Part shown: positions 42,680-53,336 of the stretch, one piece after another
Layout of the letters: each line of letters begins with the position of its first letter
Numbering within the stretch: position 1 is the first letter of the stretch
Source of the DNA: an uncultured Chloroflexia bacterium
GTDB lineage: Bacteria > Chloroflexota > Limnocylindria > Limnocylindrales > CSP1-4
Assembly: GCA_963707215.1 (NCBI GenBank)
Contig: CAVPPB010000001.1
Coordinates: forward strand, 480,001-544,000
Length of the DNA: 64,000 nucleotides
Direction: 5' to 3'
Program-made: the position numbers and the translations under genes
Notes under the pieces: model-generated
What the model was told of the DNA's origin: nothing
The model's input: the letters and a program-made list of their open reading frames with translations, nothing else
Database searches by the model: none

Positions 42680-44089
42680 TCAGGCGAGGGTCGCGACGGG
42701 GGCGCTGGTGCCGGCCCACTTGGCCTCGAGTCGTGTCCGGAGGCGGTCCTGGGTCCCGGCGTGGGGGACACGGGCGACCACCGGCTCCAGGAACCCGAGG
42801 ACGATGAACTTGCGGGCCTCGTCCTCGGGGATGCCACGGCTCTCGAGGTAGAAGACCTGGCCCTCGTCGATCGGTCCGACCGACGAGCTGTGGGCGGCCC
42901 GGCGGCAGTCGGGCTGGTCGATCTCGAGCGACGGGATGGCGACCGAGCGGGCCTGCTTGGAGAGGTTCATCCCGAACTCGCCGAGGTAGCTGTCGGTCCC
43001 GATGGCCGACCGCTCGATCGTCGCCAGACCCTTCATGTAGGTCCGGGCCCGGTCCTTCAGGGCGCCCTTGGCGAGGACGTCGCCGGTGGTGTCCTGGCCG
43101 ATGTGGCGGGTGTACGTCGTGAGGTCGAACAGCTGGTCCTCACTGCCGAACAGGATCTCGACCTGCTCCAGGGAGCTGCGGTCGCCCTCGAGGCGATTGT
43201 CGATCCGCGATCGGACGAGGCGGCTGCCGAGCTGGGCGAGCGCCCAGCGCATGGTGGCTCCTTCGCCGAGCGTCGCGTGCCGATGCTGGAGCACGACGTG
43301 GGCGGGGCCGGCCTCCTGGAGCGAGGCGACGGCCAGGGTCGCTTCACGGGCCAGGTGCACCTCGAGCGTGCCGGCGAACAGGGCCTGAGGGACGACCTCG
43401 CCCTCAGCGCAGGCGATCTCGGGACCCGACGGAAGCAGCTCCTCGACGACCGACGCCCCGGCACCCCAGCCGAGCGAGATGATCGTCCTGGTCAGGAGCG
43501 CGGTGGCGGGCGCTCCCGCCAGCCAGCGGACCAGGATGGGTCGCTCCAGCCGGACCCTGGCCGGGACCTCGAGGCGGATGCCCTGGCTCCAGGCCGCCCG
43601 GGTCAGCTGGGCGAGCTTGTCGTCGGCCGGCAGGCCCCGACCCCCATCCAGGTCCGCTCGAAGGGCCTCGGGGTCCCGGGCCAGCGCCTGCGCGAAGGTC
43701 TCGACGACGACGCCCTGGTCGGCGGCGTCCGCTGCGACGGCCATCGAGACCACGCCGTCCTCGCGGATCTCGACGAGGGCGCTGGCATCGTCGGGGACCT
43801 CGCCCGCAGCGGTCGCCTCGCGGCTCGTGGCGTACGGCCGGGCCGCGAACAGGTCGGCGGCGCGCAGGTCGAGGTACGGTGTGTAGAGCTGGTTCGGCTC
43901 GACCGGGAGGGCGAGGTAGCGCTCAAGGGCTGCCCTGCGGTCCGCCCGCAGCCAGGCCGGCTCGTCCCGCTGCTCGCCGATCGTCTCGACGAGAGCCTCG
44001 TCGAGGAAGTCGAAGGGCAGCTCGCCGGGGGCTCGCCGGGGGCGGCGGACGGGCGTCGGACCGGTCGGGGCTTCGGTCGGGGTCGTCAT
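42680..44089 (-). CDS. sufD: Fe-S cluster assembly protein SufD
   Basis: EPAWL..R, beta-helix core, [26 protein letters not shown]; ATGA-coupled to sufB. Confidence 0.87.
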   Translation of the reverse strand: MTTPTEAPTGPTPVRRPRRAPGELPFDFLDEALVETIGEQRDEPAWLRADRRAALERYLALPVEPNQLYTPYLDLRAADLFAARPYATSREATAAGEVPDDASALVEIREDGVVSMAVAADAADQGVVVETFAQALARDPEALRADLDGGRGLPADDKLAQLTRAAWSQGIRLEVPARVRLERPILVRWLAGAPATALLTRTIISLGWGAGASVVEELLPSGPEIACAEGEVVPQALFAGTLEVHLAREATLAVASLQEAGPAHVVLQHRHATLGEGATMRWALAQLGSRLVRSRIDNRLEGDRSSLEQVEILFGSEDQLFDLTTYTRHIGQDTTGDVLAKGALKDRARTYMKGLATIERSAIGTDSYLGEFGMNLSKQARSVAIPSLEIDQPDCRRAAHSSSVGPIDEGQVFYLESRGIPEDEARKFIVLGFLEPVVARVPHAGTQDRLRTRLEAKWAGTSAPVATLA

Positions 44090-45489
44090 CCGAGCGACCC
44101 CTCCATCTCCAGCTTGACGAGCCGGTTGAACTCGATCGCATACTCCATCGGGAGCTCCTTGGTGAAGATCTCCAGGAAGCCCTGGACGATGAGGTTCGTG
44201 GCCTCGTTCTCGGTCAGGCCGCGGCTCATCAGGTAGAAGACCTGGTCGGTGCTGACCTTCCCGACGGTGGCCTCGTGGGTCATCGTCGTGTCGTCTTCCT
44301 GGATGTCGATGTAGGGGTAGGTGTCGCTCCGGCTGACGTCGTCGAGCATGAGGGCGTCGCAGCGGACGCTGGCGGTGACGCCGGTGGCCCCGGGCGCCAC
44401 CCGGACCTGGCCCCGGTAGCTGGTCCGGCCGCCATCCTTGGAGACCGACTTGCTGACGATCCGGCTGGTCGTGTCGCTGGCCAGGTGGATCGCCTTTGCA
44501 CCGGTGTCCTGATGCTGGTCCTTGCCGGCCACGGCGACGGAGATGACCTCAGCCGTCGCGCCCCGTCCGCGCAGGTAGATCGAGGGGTACTTCATGGTCA
44601 GCTTGGAGCCCGTGTTCGCGTCGACCCACTCGACGGTGGCGTTCTCGTGGGCATGGGCCCGCTTGGTGACCAGGTTGTAGACGTCGTTCGACCAGTTCTG
44701 GATCGTCGTGTAGCGGACCTTCGAGCCGGGCAGGGCGATGACCTCGACGACCGCCGCATGGAGCGAGTCGGTCGCGTAGATCGGGGCCGTGCAGCCCTCG
44801 ATGTAGTGGACCTTGGCGCCCTCGTCGACGACGATCAGGGTCCGCTCGAACTGGCCGGTGTTCTCGCCGTTGATCCGGAAGTAGGCCTGCAGCGGCAGGG
44901 GGACCTCGACGCCCTTGGGAACGTATACGAACGAGCCGCCCGACCAGACGGCGCTGTTGAGCGCCGCGAACTTGTTGTCCTCGGGTGGGACGACCGTGCC
45001 GAAGTGCTGGCGGAAGATCTCCGGGTACTCCTTGAGCGCCTGATCGGTGCCCATGAAGACGACGCCGATCTTGCCCAGCTCCTCGCGGACCGAGTGGTAG
45101 ACGACCTCGGAGTCGTACTGGGCGCCCACGCCGGCAAGGAACTTGCGCTCCGCCTCGGGGATGCCGAGCCGCTCGAAGGTCTGCTTGATCTGTTCAGGAA
45201 CGTCGTCCCAGGACTTCTCCTCCCGCTCGGAGGGCTTGCGGTAGTAGACGATGTTCTCGAGGATGATCTTCGAGAGGTCGCCGCCCCACTCGGGCATCGG
45301 CCGGGCGAGGAAGTGCTCGTATGCCCGGAGGCGGAAGTCCAGCATCCACTGAGGCTCTTCCTTGAACCGGCTGATCTCCTCGACCGTGTCGCGCGTCAGC
45401 CCCCGCTTCGTCTCGGCGAGGTAGACGATGTCGTCGTGGAAGGCGTACTGGTCGCGCTGGTCGCGGACGAGGTCGCGGGTCGAGGTCAT
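44086..45489 (-). CDS. sufB: Fe-S cluster assembly protein SufB
   Basis: [63 protein letters not shown]; AGGAG SD. Confidence 0.96.
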   Translation of the reverse strand: MTSTRDLVRDQRDQYAFHDDIVYLAETKRGLTRDTVEEISRFKEEPQWMLDFRLRAYEHFLARPMPEWGGDLSKIILENIVYYRKPSEREEKSWDDVPEQIKQTFERLGIPEAERKFLAGVGAQYDSEVVYHSVREELGKIGVVFMGTDQALKEYPEIFRQHFGTVVPPEDNKFAALNSAVWSGGSFVYVPKGVEVPLPLQAYFRINGENTGQFERTLIVVDEGAKVHYIEGCTAPIYATDSLHAAVVEVIALPGSKVRYTTIQNWSNDVYNLVTKRAHAHENATVEWVDANTGSKLTMKYPSIYLRGRGATAEVISVAVAGKDQHQDTGAKAIHLASDTTSRIVSKSVSKDGGRTSYRGQVRVAPGATGVTASVRCDALMLDDVSRSDTYPYIDIQEDDTTMTHEATVGKVSTDQVFYLMSRGLTENEATNLIVQGFLEIFTKELPMEYAIEFNRLVKLEMEGSLG

Positions 45490-45529
45490 CGGGTCTCCTG
45501 CGGCAGGCCGCCGCTCGCTGTCGGCTCGT

Positions 45530-45554
45530 AATCCCGACCTAGATTATCGGGATT
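45530..45554. promoter_or_regulatory. 25-bp palindromic operator (Rrf2/IscR type-1-like) upstream of sufB
   Basis: AATCCCGA-cctagatta-TCGGGATT, AT-rich in a GC-rich genome, overlapping the -10 box. Confidence 0.65.
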
Positions 45555-45571
45555 GACCGCTCGAGCGTCAA
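45543..45571 (-). promoter_or_regulatory. sigma70-type promoter of the suf operon
   Basis: -35 TTGACG (45571-45566), 17-nt spacer, -10 GATAAT (45548-45543). Confidence 0.7.
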
Positions 45572-45651
45572 CGCCGGCCCATCCTCGGTTCGGGCGACGA
45601 GTGCCTGCGGATGCGCAGGCGCGGCGGGTAGGATGCCCCGGGAGGACGGCG

Positions 45652-46530
45652 ATGGCCAACGACGGGTCGGGCAGCGAGCGCGGACGCACGGAACGGGCCG
45701 CCAGGGCGGCTCTGAAGAGCGCCCCTCGCCGGCAGGGCGACGACGACCGGAGCGGCCAGACGATCGAGACGCCGATCGGCCACCTGGACCGCTTCGGCCT
45801 CGTCCTGGGGCTCCTGGTGGTCACGATCGTGGTCCTCTTCCTCACCGGGGAGTCCGCCATCGCCCGTCTCCTGGCCGTGGCCCTGGAGGGCTCGGTCCTC
45901 GTCTTCGCCCTCGACGCGTCTGGCTTCGCCCGGCGCTGGAACATCGCCGGACGGGCGCTCGCCGTCGCGACCTTCGGCTTCCTGCTGTTCGCCGAGGTGT
46001 CCGGGCAGGAGCTGACCACGGTCCGGGTCCTCACCGCCGGCCTGGTGACGAGCGTGACCATCGTCGCGCCGGTGGCGATCGCGAGGCGCCTGATCCGCCA
46101 GCCGGTCATCGACTTCAGCTCGGTGGCGGCCGCCCTGTCGATCTACCTCCTGGTGGGACTCGCCTTCACCAACCTGTATGCCGGCCTCCAGGCGGTCGCG
46201 CCGCCGCTCTTCTCGCAGGCGGACCTCGTCCCGGACTACACCGACTTCCTGTACTTCAGCTTCGTGACCCTGGCGACCCTGGGCTACGGGGACCTCACGC
46301 CGGCATCGGACATGGCCCGCCTGGCATCGGTCGTCGAGACGGTCCTGGGCCAGATCTACCTGGTCACGATCGTGGCGGTCATCGTCTCGAACATCGGCCG
46401 ACGGCGGCCCGCGGCGCGAGGCCACCGTGCCGCTGGCCGCGGACGGTTCAGCGGTCTCGTGGGTCGCAGCGCCTCCGCGCCGGACACGGACGACCCGGCG
46501 GCCGAGTCGGCCGCCGGGTCCGATCGCTGA
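45652..46530 (+). CDS. potassium channel family protein (Ion_trans_2 pore domain)
   Basis: YFSFVTLATLGYGD selectivity filter, GQIYL, extra N-terminal TMs; GGAGG SD. Confidence 0.82.
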   Translation: MANDGSGSERGRTERAARAALKSAPRRQGDDDRSGQTIETPIGHLDRFGLVLGLLVVTIVVLFLTGESAIARLLAVALEGSVLVFALDASGFARRWNIAGRALAVATFGFLLFAEVSGQELTTVRVLTAGLVTSVTIVAPVAIARRLIRQPVIDFSSVAAALSIYLLVGLAFTNLYAGLQAVAPPLFSQADLVPDYTDFLYFSFVTLATLGYGDLTPASDMARLASVVETVLGQIYLVTIVAVIVSNIGRRRPAARGHRAAGRGRFSGLVGRSASAPDTDDPAAESAAGSDR

Positions 46531-46543
46531 GTCGCCCGGGCGA

Positions 46544-47188
46544 TCAGTAGCGGTACATCGACTGCTCGATCGCCTGCTCTTCCGGCGAGATCCGGAGCTG
46601 CAGGTACAGGCCGGCGATCGCCAGGGCGGCCCACACGGCGATCCAGATGAAGTTGTCGGTGACGGCCACCCAGGTCGCACCGAGGATCCCGGTGTCGAAG
46701 TCGTTGACTTCGACCAGCCCGAAGATCAGGAAGATCCCGCTCATGATCGCCGTCGAGCCCCCGAGAGCGGTGAGCACGACCACCAGGTACTTCGGTGCTC
46801 GCAGGATGACGACGCCGACGGCGAAGACGACGCCCACGGCGATCGCGATCAGCCAGGCGATGATGTCGAGCTGGAAGCCGATCGCATCGAGGATGCCGTA
46901 GGCAAGCGCGTAGCCGATCGAGCCGCCGAGCAGGACGACCGCGATCCAGTAGAACAGGTACGACAGCACGGCGAATCCGATGCCGATGACGAAGCCGACG
47001 ACCCAGCCCGCGGTCGTCGCGAGGAACCCGTCGCCGAAGATGGCCGTGAAGCCTTGGGCGCCCGCGAGCAGCCCTGCGAAGAAGCCCCAGATCGGCAGCA
47101 GGAACAGGAAGAACTTGAAGCCGGCGAAGCAGAAGACCGCGCCGGCGACCAGGGCGAGGATCGCCAGGCCGATGACCTCTAGGTCCAT
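46544..47188 (-). CDS. DUF4203/TMEM198-like membrane protein
   Basis: CFAGFKFF..LLPIWGFFAG, Gly-rich TM repeats, TALGG; GGAGG SD. Confidence 0.75.
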   Translation of the reverse strand: MDLEVIGLAILALVAGAVFCFAGFKFFLFLLPIWGFFAGLLAGAQGFTAIFGDGFLATTAGWVVGFVIGIGFAVLSYLFYWIAVVLLGGSIGYALAYGILDAIGFQLDIIAWLIAIAVGVVFAVGVVILRAPKYLVVVLTALGGSTAIMSGIFLIFGLVEVNDFDTGILGATWVAVTDNFIWIAVWAALAIAGLYLQLRISPEEQAIEQSMYRY

Positions 47189-47337
47189 GGTGTATTGACC
47201 TCCCTCTCCGTCCTTGATGGACGCGACGATGCTACGCCGTCGCGCGGCTCCGTTGCGGCCGGATACGCTCCGGATCGCCGGGGCAGGTCGTGGCCCACGG
47301 TGACGGACGCCGGCCGAGCCCAGCCTGGCGGACATAC

Positions 47338-47370
47338 AACGACCCCGCCGGTCGAGCCGGCGGGGTCGTT
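47338..47370 (-). terminator. hairpin terminator after the RND transporter
   Basis: AACGACCCCGCCGG-tcgag-CCGGCGGGGTCGTT 14-bp stem about 17 nt past the stop. Confidence 0.6.
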
Positions 47371-47386
47371 GTGTTCGCGACGGGGG

Positions 47387-50300
47387 TCAGGCCGGGCTGG
47401 GCTCGGCCGGAGGTGCCTCGGAGGTCGCGGCTGCGTCCTCCTCGGCCGGGCGGCCCCGCCGCAGACCACCGAACCAGGTCTTCCCGCCGTCGACCAGCGA
47501 GTAGATGACCGGGATGACGATCAGGGTGAGGAAGGTCGAGCTGAACAGGCCGCCGATGACGACCGTGCCGAGCTCGGCCGCGATGATCGACCCCTCGGAG
47601 AGGCCCGCCGCGAGCGGGATGAGGGCGAGGATCGTAGCGATCGCCGTCATGAGGATCGGCCGGACCCTGGTCCGACCGCCCTCGATGAGGGCGTCCTTGG
47701 CGGAGTGGCCCTCCGACCGAAGCCGCTCGACCAGGTCGAGCAGGACGATGGCGTTGGTCACCACGATCCCGATCAGCATGAGGAAGCCGATCAGGGCGCT
47801 GACGCCGATGGGTCGATCGGTCAGGAAGAGCGCCGGGAAGGCCCCGATCGTGGCCAGAGGGAGGCTGAACAGGATGATGAACGGCGTGATGAGCGAGTTG
47901 AACGTCAGCACCATCATCACGTAGACGAGGAGGATGGCGACCCCCATCGAGACGAAGAGGTTGCCGAAGGCCTCGTTCTGCTGCTGGGTCACGCCGGCCA
48001 GGGTGATGTCCACGCCGGCCGGGATCTCGCCCGCCGCCTCGAGGTCGTCGATCTCCTGCTGGACCGCGAGCGAGACGGCCCCGGTGTCGTCGGAGGCGAT
48101 CTCGGCCGAGACCGTCGCCGCCGGGGCCTGGTCGACGCGGGTGATGCTGCCCTGGGCGAGCACCTCGTCGACGGCCGAGATGGTCCCCAGCGGGACCGTC
48201 ACGGTCGTGCCGACCGGCAGCTGCTGCAGCGTATCGACGCTGCTCACCGTCGCCGGGTCGACCTGGAGGAAGAGCGGGACGGCGGCGATGTCACCGTCCA
48301 GCTGGAGGGTCGTGACTTCGGTGCCCACGAGGGTCGTCCGGACCTCGCCGGCGACCTGGGCCGCGGTCAGACCGGCGCCGATCGCCTTGTTCGGGTCGAC
48401 GACGACCTGGATCTCGGGCGTGCCCCTGGACAGGTCGGACTTGAGGTTGAGGAGGTCCGAGTCGTCGGCCAGCGCGGCCATCACGGCGTCGGTGGCGACG
48501 GCGACGTCCTCGGGATCGTCCGAGCTGACGACGATGCTGAGGCTGTTGGAGGTGAAGCCGGCGGTCTGGGCGACGGCGACGTCGTAGCCGTCGGTCTTGA
48601 CCGAGGCGAGGTCGCTGGAGAGCTTCTGGGCGTACTCCGTGAGTTCGACCTCGTCCGAGAGGCGCACCGTGAGCGTGGCGCTGTTGGCCGGGCGCCCGCT
48701 GAGGGCCGCCGTGACCGTGCCGAAGCTCGTGTCGCCCTCGCCGGGGACGCTCGTCTGGACGTTCTCGACCTCGGGGTCGGCCAGGAGGATCGTCTCGGCC
48801 TCGATCGCCCGCTCGAGCACGGCCACCGAGCTGGTGCCGGCCGGTGGGGCCACGGTGACCTGGAGCAGCTTCTCGCCGCCGGCGTTGATGAACTGGGTCG
48901 GAAGGAGCGGGGCGATGGCCATCGAGACGGCGAACAGCACCGTCACGGCGACGAGGATGCCCCACTTGGTGAAGCGGTTGCGGAGGGCGAACTGGATCGT
49001 CGGGGTGTAGGCCCGGATCCAGGGCGAGTTCTTCGGCTCGCCGTCCTCGTCCACGTTGAGCTTGACGCGACCGATGAACAGGTAGGCGAGGACCGGGACG
49101 ACCGTCAGGGCGACGACGAGCGACGCCAGCAGGGCGAAGGTGACGGTCAGGGCGAAGGGCAGGAAGAGCTGGCTGACGATGCCGCCGACCAGCCCCAGGG
49201 GCAGGAAGACGGCCACGGTCGTCAGGGTGGCCGAGGTGATCGCCCCGGCGACCTCGCGCGGGCCGCGAAGCGAGGCCGTCAGGCGGTCGTCGCCCAGGGC
49301 CCGGTGCCGGTAGATGTTCTCCAGGACGACGATCGCGTCGTCCACCACTCGACCAACGGCGACAGCCAGGCCGCCGAGGGTCATGACGTTGATGGTGATG
49401 CCCGTGATCTGCATGATCACCAGGGCAGTCAGGACCGACAGCGGGATGCTGACCGCGGCCACCAGCGTGGCCCGGATGCTGAACAGGAAGAGGAAGATCG
49501 TCAGGACCGCAAAGAGCGCTCCCAGGCCACCTTCCTTGAGCAGCCCGTCGCGCGACTCCTTGATGAACACCGAGAGGTCGGAGATCACGGTGACGTTGAC
49601 CGTCTCGGGGTTGTCAGCCCCGATCTTCTCGAGCTCCGCGGAGACCGCGTCGGCCACCTCGACGGTGTTGGCCGTGGAGGTCTTGGTGACCGTGAGCGTC
49701 AGCGACGGGACGCCGTCGGTGCGGGCGTAGCCCGTCGTCGGGACGCCGGCCTCCTCGACCGTGGCGATGTCCTTGAGGAAGACCGGCGTCGGCGCGGCAG
49801 GCACGGTCGGCGCGGTCGGATCGGTTCCGGGCAGGCCGCCGGGGACCTGGTCCGGGGTGACGCCCTCCGGCAGCTCGCCGGGGACCTGGTCGGGGGTCGG
49901 GTTCTCGGGCAGCTTCACGCCGACGACGAGGTCCTCGATCTCGGCCAGGGAGCCGAGCGTCCCGATCGTCGAGACCGGGATGTTGGAGCCGTCGCTGGTG
50001 ATCTGGCCCGACGGGATGGTCAGGTTGTTGGCCGTGAGCACGCCGGTGACCTGGCCAACGGAGATGCCGGTCTCGGTCAGCTTGGCCGGGTCGAGGGTGA
50101 CGACGGCCTGCGTCTCCAGCCCACCGGTGAGGTCGGCCGTTGCCACGCCATCGATGCCCAGGAGGGATGGGACGATCTGGTCCCGGGCGACCTCGGCCGC
50201 CGCGTCGAGCTGCTCCTCGGGGAGGCTCCGTTGCCGTCGACGCCGGCCACCGAGGCGATGATCACGGGGGAGGCGTTGATGTTGAGGGCGGCGACCTGGG

Positions 50301-50670
50301 GCGAGACCGTTTGCGGCAGGCCTGCGGTCTGGAGGTTCTGCTCGATCGTCGAGCGAACCTCCTTGACGTCCGTCCCGAACTCGAACTGGGCGACGACGAT
50401 GGCGATCGAGTTGGCCGACGAGGACGAGAGGGCTTCGAGGCGCGGCACGCCGGCGACGGCGCGCTCGATCGGCTTCGTGACCTGCTCGGCGACATCGGCG
50501 GCACCGACGCCGGGGTAGGGCGCGATGACCGTGATGACCGGGAAGTCGATGTCCGGGAGGAGCTCCTGCTTGAGCGTCCCCCAGGCGGAGATGCCGGCGA
50601 AGAAGAGGCCGACCGCGAGCAGGAGCGTGACGCTCCGCTTCGCGACGGACAGCTCGGTGAGGCGGTTCAC
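47387..50670 (-). CDS. RND efflux permease (AcrB/SwrC-like), one frameshift near 50222
   Basis: ELLPDIDFP, VTKPIE, SIPLS, NVMTLGG, GRVVDDAIVVLENI, VFLPL, GIVVTNAIVL, RVRPILMT; shift falls in a C run. Confidence 0.9.
49829..49912 (-). repeat. 39-nt (13-aa) tandem repeat inside the RND extracytoplasmic domain
   Basis: LPENPTPDQVPGE-LPEGVTPDQVPGG-LP. Confidence 0.75.
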
Positions 50671-51170
50671 GTGAGGCTGCTCCCTGGATGGATGGCGGGG
50701 TCGATGGCGACGGACCCGGCCGACCCCGCGGCCGCGTCGCTGAGGATCCGGAGGCCGTCGGCGACGACCCGGAGGTCATCGTCGGCGACACGGTCGAGGA
50801 GCGACCGGAGCTGCTCGCTGTTGAGCTCGCGGAAGCGCTCGAGCTGCGTCACGCCGTCGGGCGTGACGCTGATCACGACCTGGCGGCGGTCCGCCGGGTC
50901 GTCATGACGATCGAGCAGACCCAGATCGACGAGCCGGTCGACCTGGGCACTGGTCGTGCTGAGGGAGACCCCCAGGCGACCGGCCAGCTCCGACAGGCGG
51001 AGCGAGCCGGCGACGAGCACGGTGTACATGACCTTGGCCTGCGACATCGTCACGGCCACCTCCATGAACTCCGGCAGGTGGGCGCCGACAAGGCGCTGCA
51101 TGAGGGTCTCGTAGCCGTCGAGGATCCGGAGGACGTCCGTCTCGCGGTCGTCGGGTGGTTCGTTCGTCAT
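50667..51170 (-). CDS. MarR family transcriptional regulator
   Basis: VTMSQAK, LSELAGRLGVSLSTTS.QVDRLV..GL, DPADRR; GTGA-coupled to the RND gene. Confidence 0.88.
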   Translation of the reverse strand: MTNEPPDDRETDVLRILDGYETLMQRLVGAHLPEFMEVAVTMSQAKVMYTVLVAGSLRLSELAGRLGVSLSTTSAQVDRLVDLGLLDRHDDPADRRQVVISVTPDGVTQLERFRELNSEQLRSLLDRVADDDLRVVADGLRILSDAAAGSAGSVAIDPAIHPGSSLT

Positions 51171-51198
51171 CAGCAAATACTTCGGTAACACCTGAGCG

Positions 51199-51231
51199 TT
51201 CGGTTCCAGCGCACTATACGACAGAACCGAA
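51199..51231. promoter_or_regulatory. inverted repeat flanking the -10 box of marR (candidate MarR operator)
   Basis: TTCGGTTC-N17-GAACCGAA with minus-strand TATAGT (51218-51213) in the spacer. Confidence 0.45.
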
Positions 51232-51273
51232 TGGATGGATGGGATCCGGCCCCGAGCGCTACCATCCCCGCTG

Positions 51274-52581
51274 GTGACCTCTCCCCGACCGACCACCGCC
51301 GCGGCTACCCGGCGGTTCCTCGCCGTCCGCCACCACCTGTGGCCCCCGCGCGCGCTCCCGGCCGGTCGTGACGGGGTGCTCACCGTCTTCGAGCGGCTGG
51401 GGTCGATCCAGTTCGACCCCCTCGAGGTCGCCGGGCGCAACCACGACCTGGTCCTGCTCTCGCGGGTCCGCGACTACCGCCGGTCGATGACCGATGCCCT
51501 GCTCTACGACGAGCGGGCCCTCTTCGAGGCCTACAACAAGGGGCTCAGCCTGCTCCTCGTGACCGAGCTGCCCTGGCATCGCCTCACCTGGGACCGGGCC
51601 CGGCGCGCCCACGAGGGCGGCGCCTTCGATGAGCACGCTCCGCTGGTCGAGGAGCTCCTGGAGCGCATCCGGCTCGACGGCCCGCTTTCGCCTACCGACG
51701 TTCGGCCGCGAGCCGCGATCGACTGGTACTGGCGCCCCACGAACCAGGTCCGGGCCATCCTGGAAGCCCTCGCGGAGGCGGGACTGCTGGGCATCGCCCG
51801 GCGCGAGGGCAACCGGCGCGTGTACGACCTGATCGATCGGCTCTACCCCGCCGACCTGCTCGCCCTGCACCCACCCGAGCGGGAGCAGCAGAAGCATCGC
51901 CTGCTCTCCCGCTACCGCGCCCACGGGCTGCTGGGCCGGGGCGGCCAGGCCGAGCTGTGGTATGGGGCCGGACGGGCCACCCACGATCCCGAGCACCCGG
52001 AGCGGCCGACCCGCCTGGAGCTCCTCGACGAGCTGGTCGAGGAAGGCACGCTCGTCCCCCTGGAGGTCGTGGGCGTCCGTGGCCCCCGGTACGTGCTCCG
52101 CTCGGAGCTGGACCTGCTCGCCGGAGCTGAGGCGGACACGGCGGTGGACGGCGGGCCAAGCGACCCGGCAGGCCCGCGCTCCCCAGACGAGCCCCCAGCC
52201 GGCGTCGCCTTCCTCGCGCCATTGGATCCGCTGGCGTGGGACCGCGACCTGCTCCGATCGCTCTACGGCTTCGACTACGTCTGGGAGGTCTACGTCCCGG
52301 CGGCGAAACGGCGCTGGGGCTACTACGTGCTGCCGCTCCTGTTCGGCGACCGGCTGGTGGGTCGGATCGAGCCACGGATCGATCGCCAGGCAGGGGTGCT
52401 CCGGGTCCTCGACCTGTGGTGGGAGGACGGTTTCGACCCGCTGGCCGACCCCTCCTTCGTGCCGGCCCTGGCCGCGGCCCTCGTCGCCCACCGCGACTTC
52501 GCCGGAGTCCGGCGGGTCAGCCTGCCCCGGACGGCTCGCCACCGAGCCCTGGTGTCGGCTCTTCGGCCGCACCTGGCCTAG
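51274..52581 (+). CDS. YcaQ/AlkZ-like winged-helix DNA glycosylase (interstrand crosslink repair)
   Basis: SIQFDP (QxD motif), RNHDLVL.SR, RVYDL, FLAPLDPL.WDR, FDYVWEVY.P..KRRWGYYVLP. Confidence 0.85.
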   Translation: MTSPRPTTAAATRRFLAVRHHLWPPRALPAGRDGVLTVFERLGSIQFDPLEVAGRNHDLVLLSRVRDYRRSMTDALLYDERALFEAYNKGLSLLLVTELPWHRLTWDRARRAHEGGAFDEHAPLVEELLERIRLDGPLSPTDVRPRAAIDWYWRPTNQVRAILEALAEAGLLGIARREGNRRVYDLIDRLYPADLLALHPPEREQQKHRLLSRYRAHGLLGRGGQAELWYGAGRATHDPEHPERPTRLELLDELVEEGTLVPLEVVGVRGPRYVLRSELDLLAGAEADTAVDGGPSDPAGPRSPDEPPAGVAFLAPLDPLAWDRDLLRSLYGFDYVWEVYVPAAKRRWGYYVLPLLFGDRLVGRIEPRIDRQAGVLRVLDLWWEDGFDPLADPSFVPALAAALVAHRDFAGVRRVSLPRTARHRALVSALRPHLA

Positions 52582-52625
52582 ACTTCGAGGATACGCCGAC
52601 TCCACCGACACGCAGGAGGGGATCC

Positions 52626-53072
52626 ATGGCCGCCGTCCGTCACGCCGAAGTCACCTGGACCGGGGACCTGCTCACCGGCTCGGGGATGATCAACTACGTC
52701 TCGAGTGGCTCGATCGCGCGGCTGCCGGTCAGCTGGGCGGCCCGGACCGAGGACCACGGGGGCAAGACCAGCCCCGAGGAGCTCCTTGCCGCGGCCCACG
52801 CGTCGTGCTTCTCGATGGCCCTGTCGTCGAGGCTCGCGAAGGCCCGCACGCCGGCGACCCGGCTCGACGTCAAGGCGGTCGTGACCTTCGACAAGGTCGG
52901 CGACGGCTGGAAGGTCGCTACGTCGGCCCTGACGGTGCGGGGCGTGGTCCCAGGAGCCACCGCGGCGTCGTTCGCCGAGGCCGCCGAGGGCGCCAAGGAC
53001 GGCTGCCCGATCTCGGGCGCGCTCAAGGGCAACGTCGAGCTCAGCGTCGAGGCCGAGCTGCTCGAGGGCTGA
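52626..53072 (+). CDS. osmC: OsmC family peroxiredoxin
   Basis: W.G.L..GSG, TSPEELLAAAHASCFSMAL, AKDGCPISGAL; AGGAGG SD. Confidence 0.9.
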   Translation: MAAVRHAEVTWTGDLLTGSGMINYVSSGSIARLPVSWAARTEDHGGKTSPEELLAAAHASCFSMALSSRLAKARTPATRLDVKAVVTFDKVGDGWKVATSALTVRGVVPGATAASFAEAAEGAKDGCPISGALKGNVELSVEAELLEG

Positions 53073-53336
53073 CCCGGCGCGTGGCTGGCGGCCGGTGCCG
53101 AGTGGCGGATCCCGCTCGCCGACGCACTCTTGGCATGGCAGCCCGCGGCACGATCGGAACAGTCGAGTCGGCGTGGCCCGTTGTGGGTGGCGTCATCGCT
53201 CTGGCCGATGGGATCGACCGTGGACGAGCGTGACCGGGCATCGTCTGTGCCACACCCGCGTATCGGCCACGCTCGCTGACCCCGGCGCGCATCGGCTTGA
53301 TCGATAGGTCGGCTCAGAGACCTTGGCCCACCCGGC

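Noticed and set aside
47195-50518. Very long antisense or alternate-frame ORFs (e.g. 47195-50518 +, 19140-21611 +, 43879-45531 +, 7243-8868 +)
   Set aside because: Shadow ORFs caused by high GC3 of real genes on the other strand or frame; no motifs, Arg/Gly/Pro-rich.
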